A stretch of DNA of 63,563 nucleotides, filler included, from Rhabdomonas costata (Eukaryota), in assembly GCA_019059605.1 (NCBI GenBank). It is 25 parts of 25 records of this genome, joined end to end, with 100 filler letters (N's around TTAATTAATTAA, not from the genome) between each part and the next. Parts side by side here need not be neighbours in the genome. Positions count along the whole stretch, not along the records: positions 61,119 to 63,563 come from JAHMHO010003384.1; 24 more parts are not named here. One strand, 5' to 3'. Positions 63,105 to 63,563 of this stretch are shown here, piece after piece. Every line of letters begins with the position of its first letter. Within the stretch, counting starts at the first letter, position 1. The notes under the pieces were generated by a model. It was not told the DNA's origin. It did not search any database and saw only the letters and a program-made list of their open reading frames with translations. A program made the position numbers and the translations under genes.

Positions 63105-63563
63105 GTGAGTGCGGCGTTCTTCGATATTTTTAACGAGAAATTATCTCTTTTCGGCCTTCCACATCTTTGTTCTGCAATGTCGATGTCCACAGGAGTGGTT
63201 GTTGCCTTTTTAATCAGCGATTTTTTCTTGTGAGGTGGCATTGGGTGGAAACAGGTTTTTCAAGTGCCTCATGAAAGTGTTGTTGTCACCTGCACTGCCG
63301 GCGCCGCTGTAGCACCCTGTGGCACGTCTGGAAGTGGTGGGGAACCTTCCTCAAGTGCGCCTCGTCTTTTCTCTGGGCTGGCTATCTCCAAGGGTAGGGT
63401 CCTGTTATCCTTCCTGTATTCACCTTGACGCGTGCTCATTTTGTTTCTCTCGCAGCAACACGATTTTTTTGAACCTACCTCTAAGTTTGCAGTAGAACAA
63501 ACAAATGTGGAATGAATGCCGGGGGAAAGGGGGGCAACAGTTGACGCGCTCTCCCACCAAAAA

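Overview
This window is not one locus. It is a pseudo-scaffold of 25 unrelated, length-sorted contigs of about 2.45 kb, joined by 100-nt N44-TTAATTAATTAA-N44 linkers, so synteny across linkers is meaningless. The DNA is intron-rich eukaryotic nuclear sequence. GT-AG introns with GTG(Y)-biased weak donors, AG acceptors just upstream of ATGs, TTAGGG repeats, PPi-PFK and a HAMP-cyclase all suggest a euglenid/euglenozoan protist (inference). Most contigs begin with G/T-only and end with C/A-only tags, and four carry terminal fold-back hairpins, which points to degenerate-primer whole-genome amplification. Genes spliced by hand: TPR protein, Ig/cadherin-like repeat surface protein, STE20-type pseudokinase with a 13-nt microexon, CPES-like CDP-alcohol phosphotransferase, a 93-aa two-exon membrane protein missed by the ORF track, USP deubiquitinase, aberrant DIM1, R-S-E ADP-ribosyltransferase with a large insert, alpha-kinase, intronless VAMP7, LSm7, HAMP-adenylate cyclase, Kelch and WSC proteins, degenerate dynein heavy chain, ABCG transporter, PPi-dependent PFK and ARMH3. 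There is also a decayed Penelope-like retroelement. No multi-gene novel system can be shown from such fragments; the best leads are individual unusual genes. All family calls come from motif recognition, not database searches.
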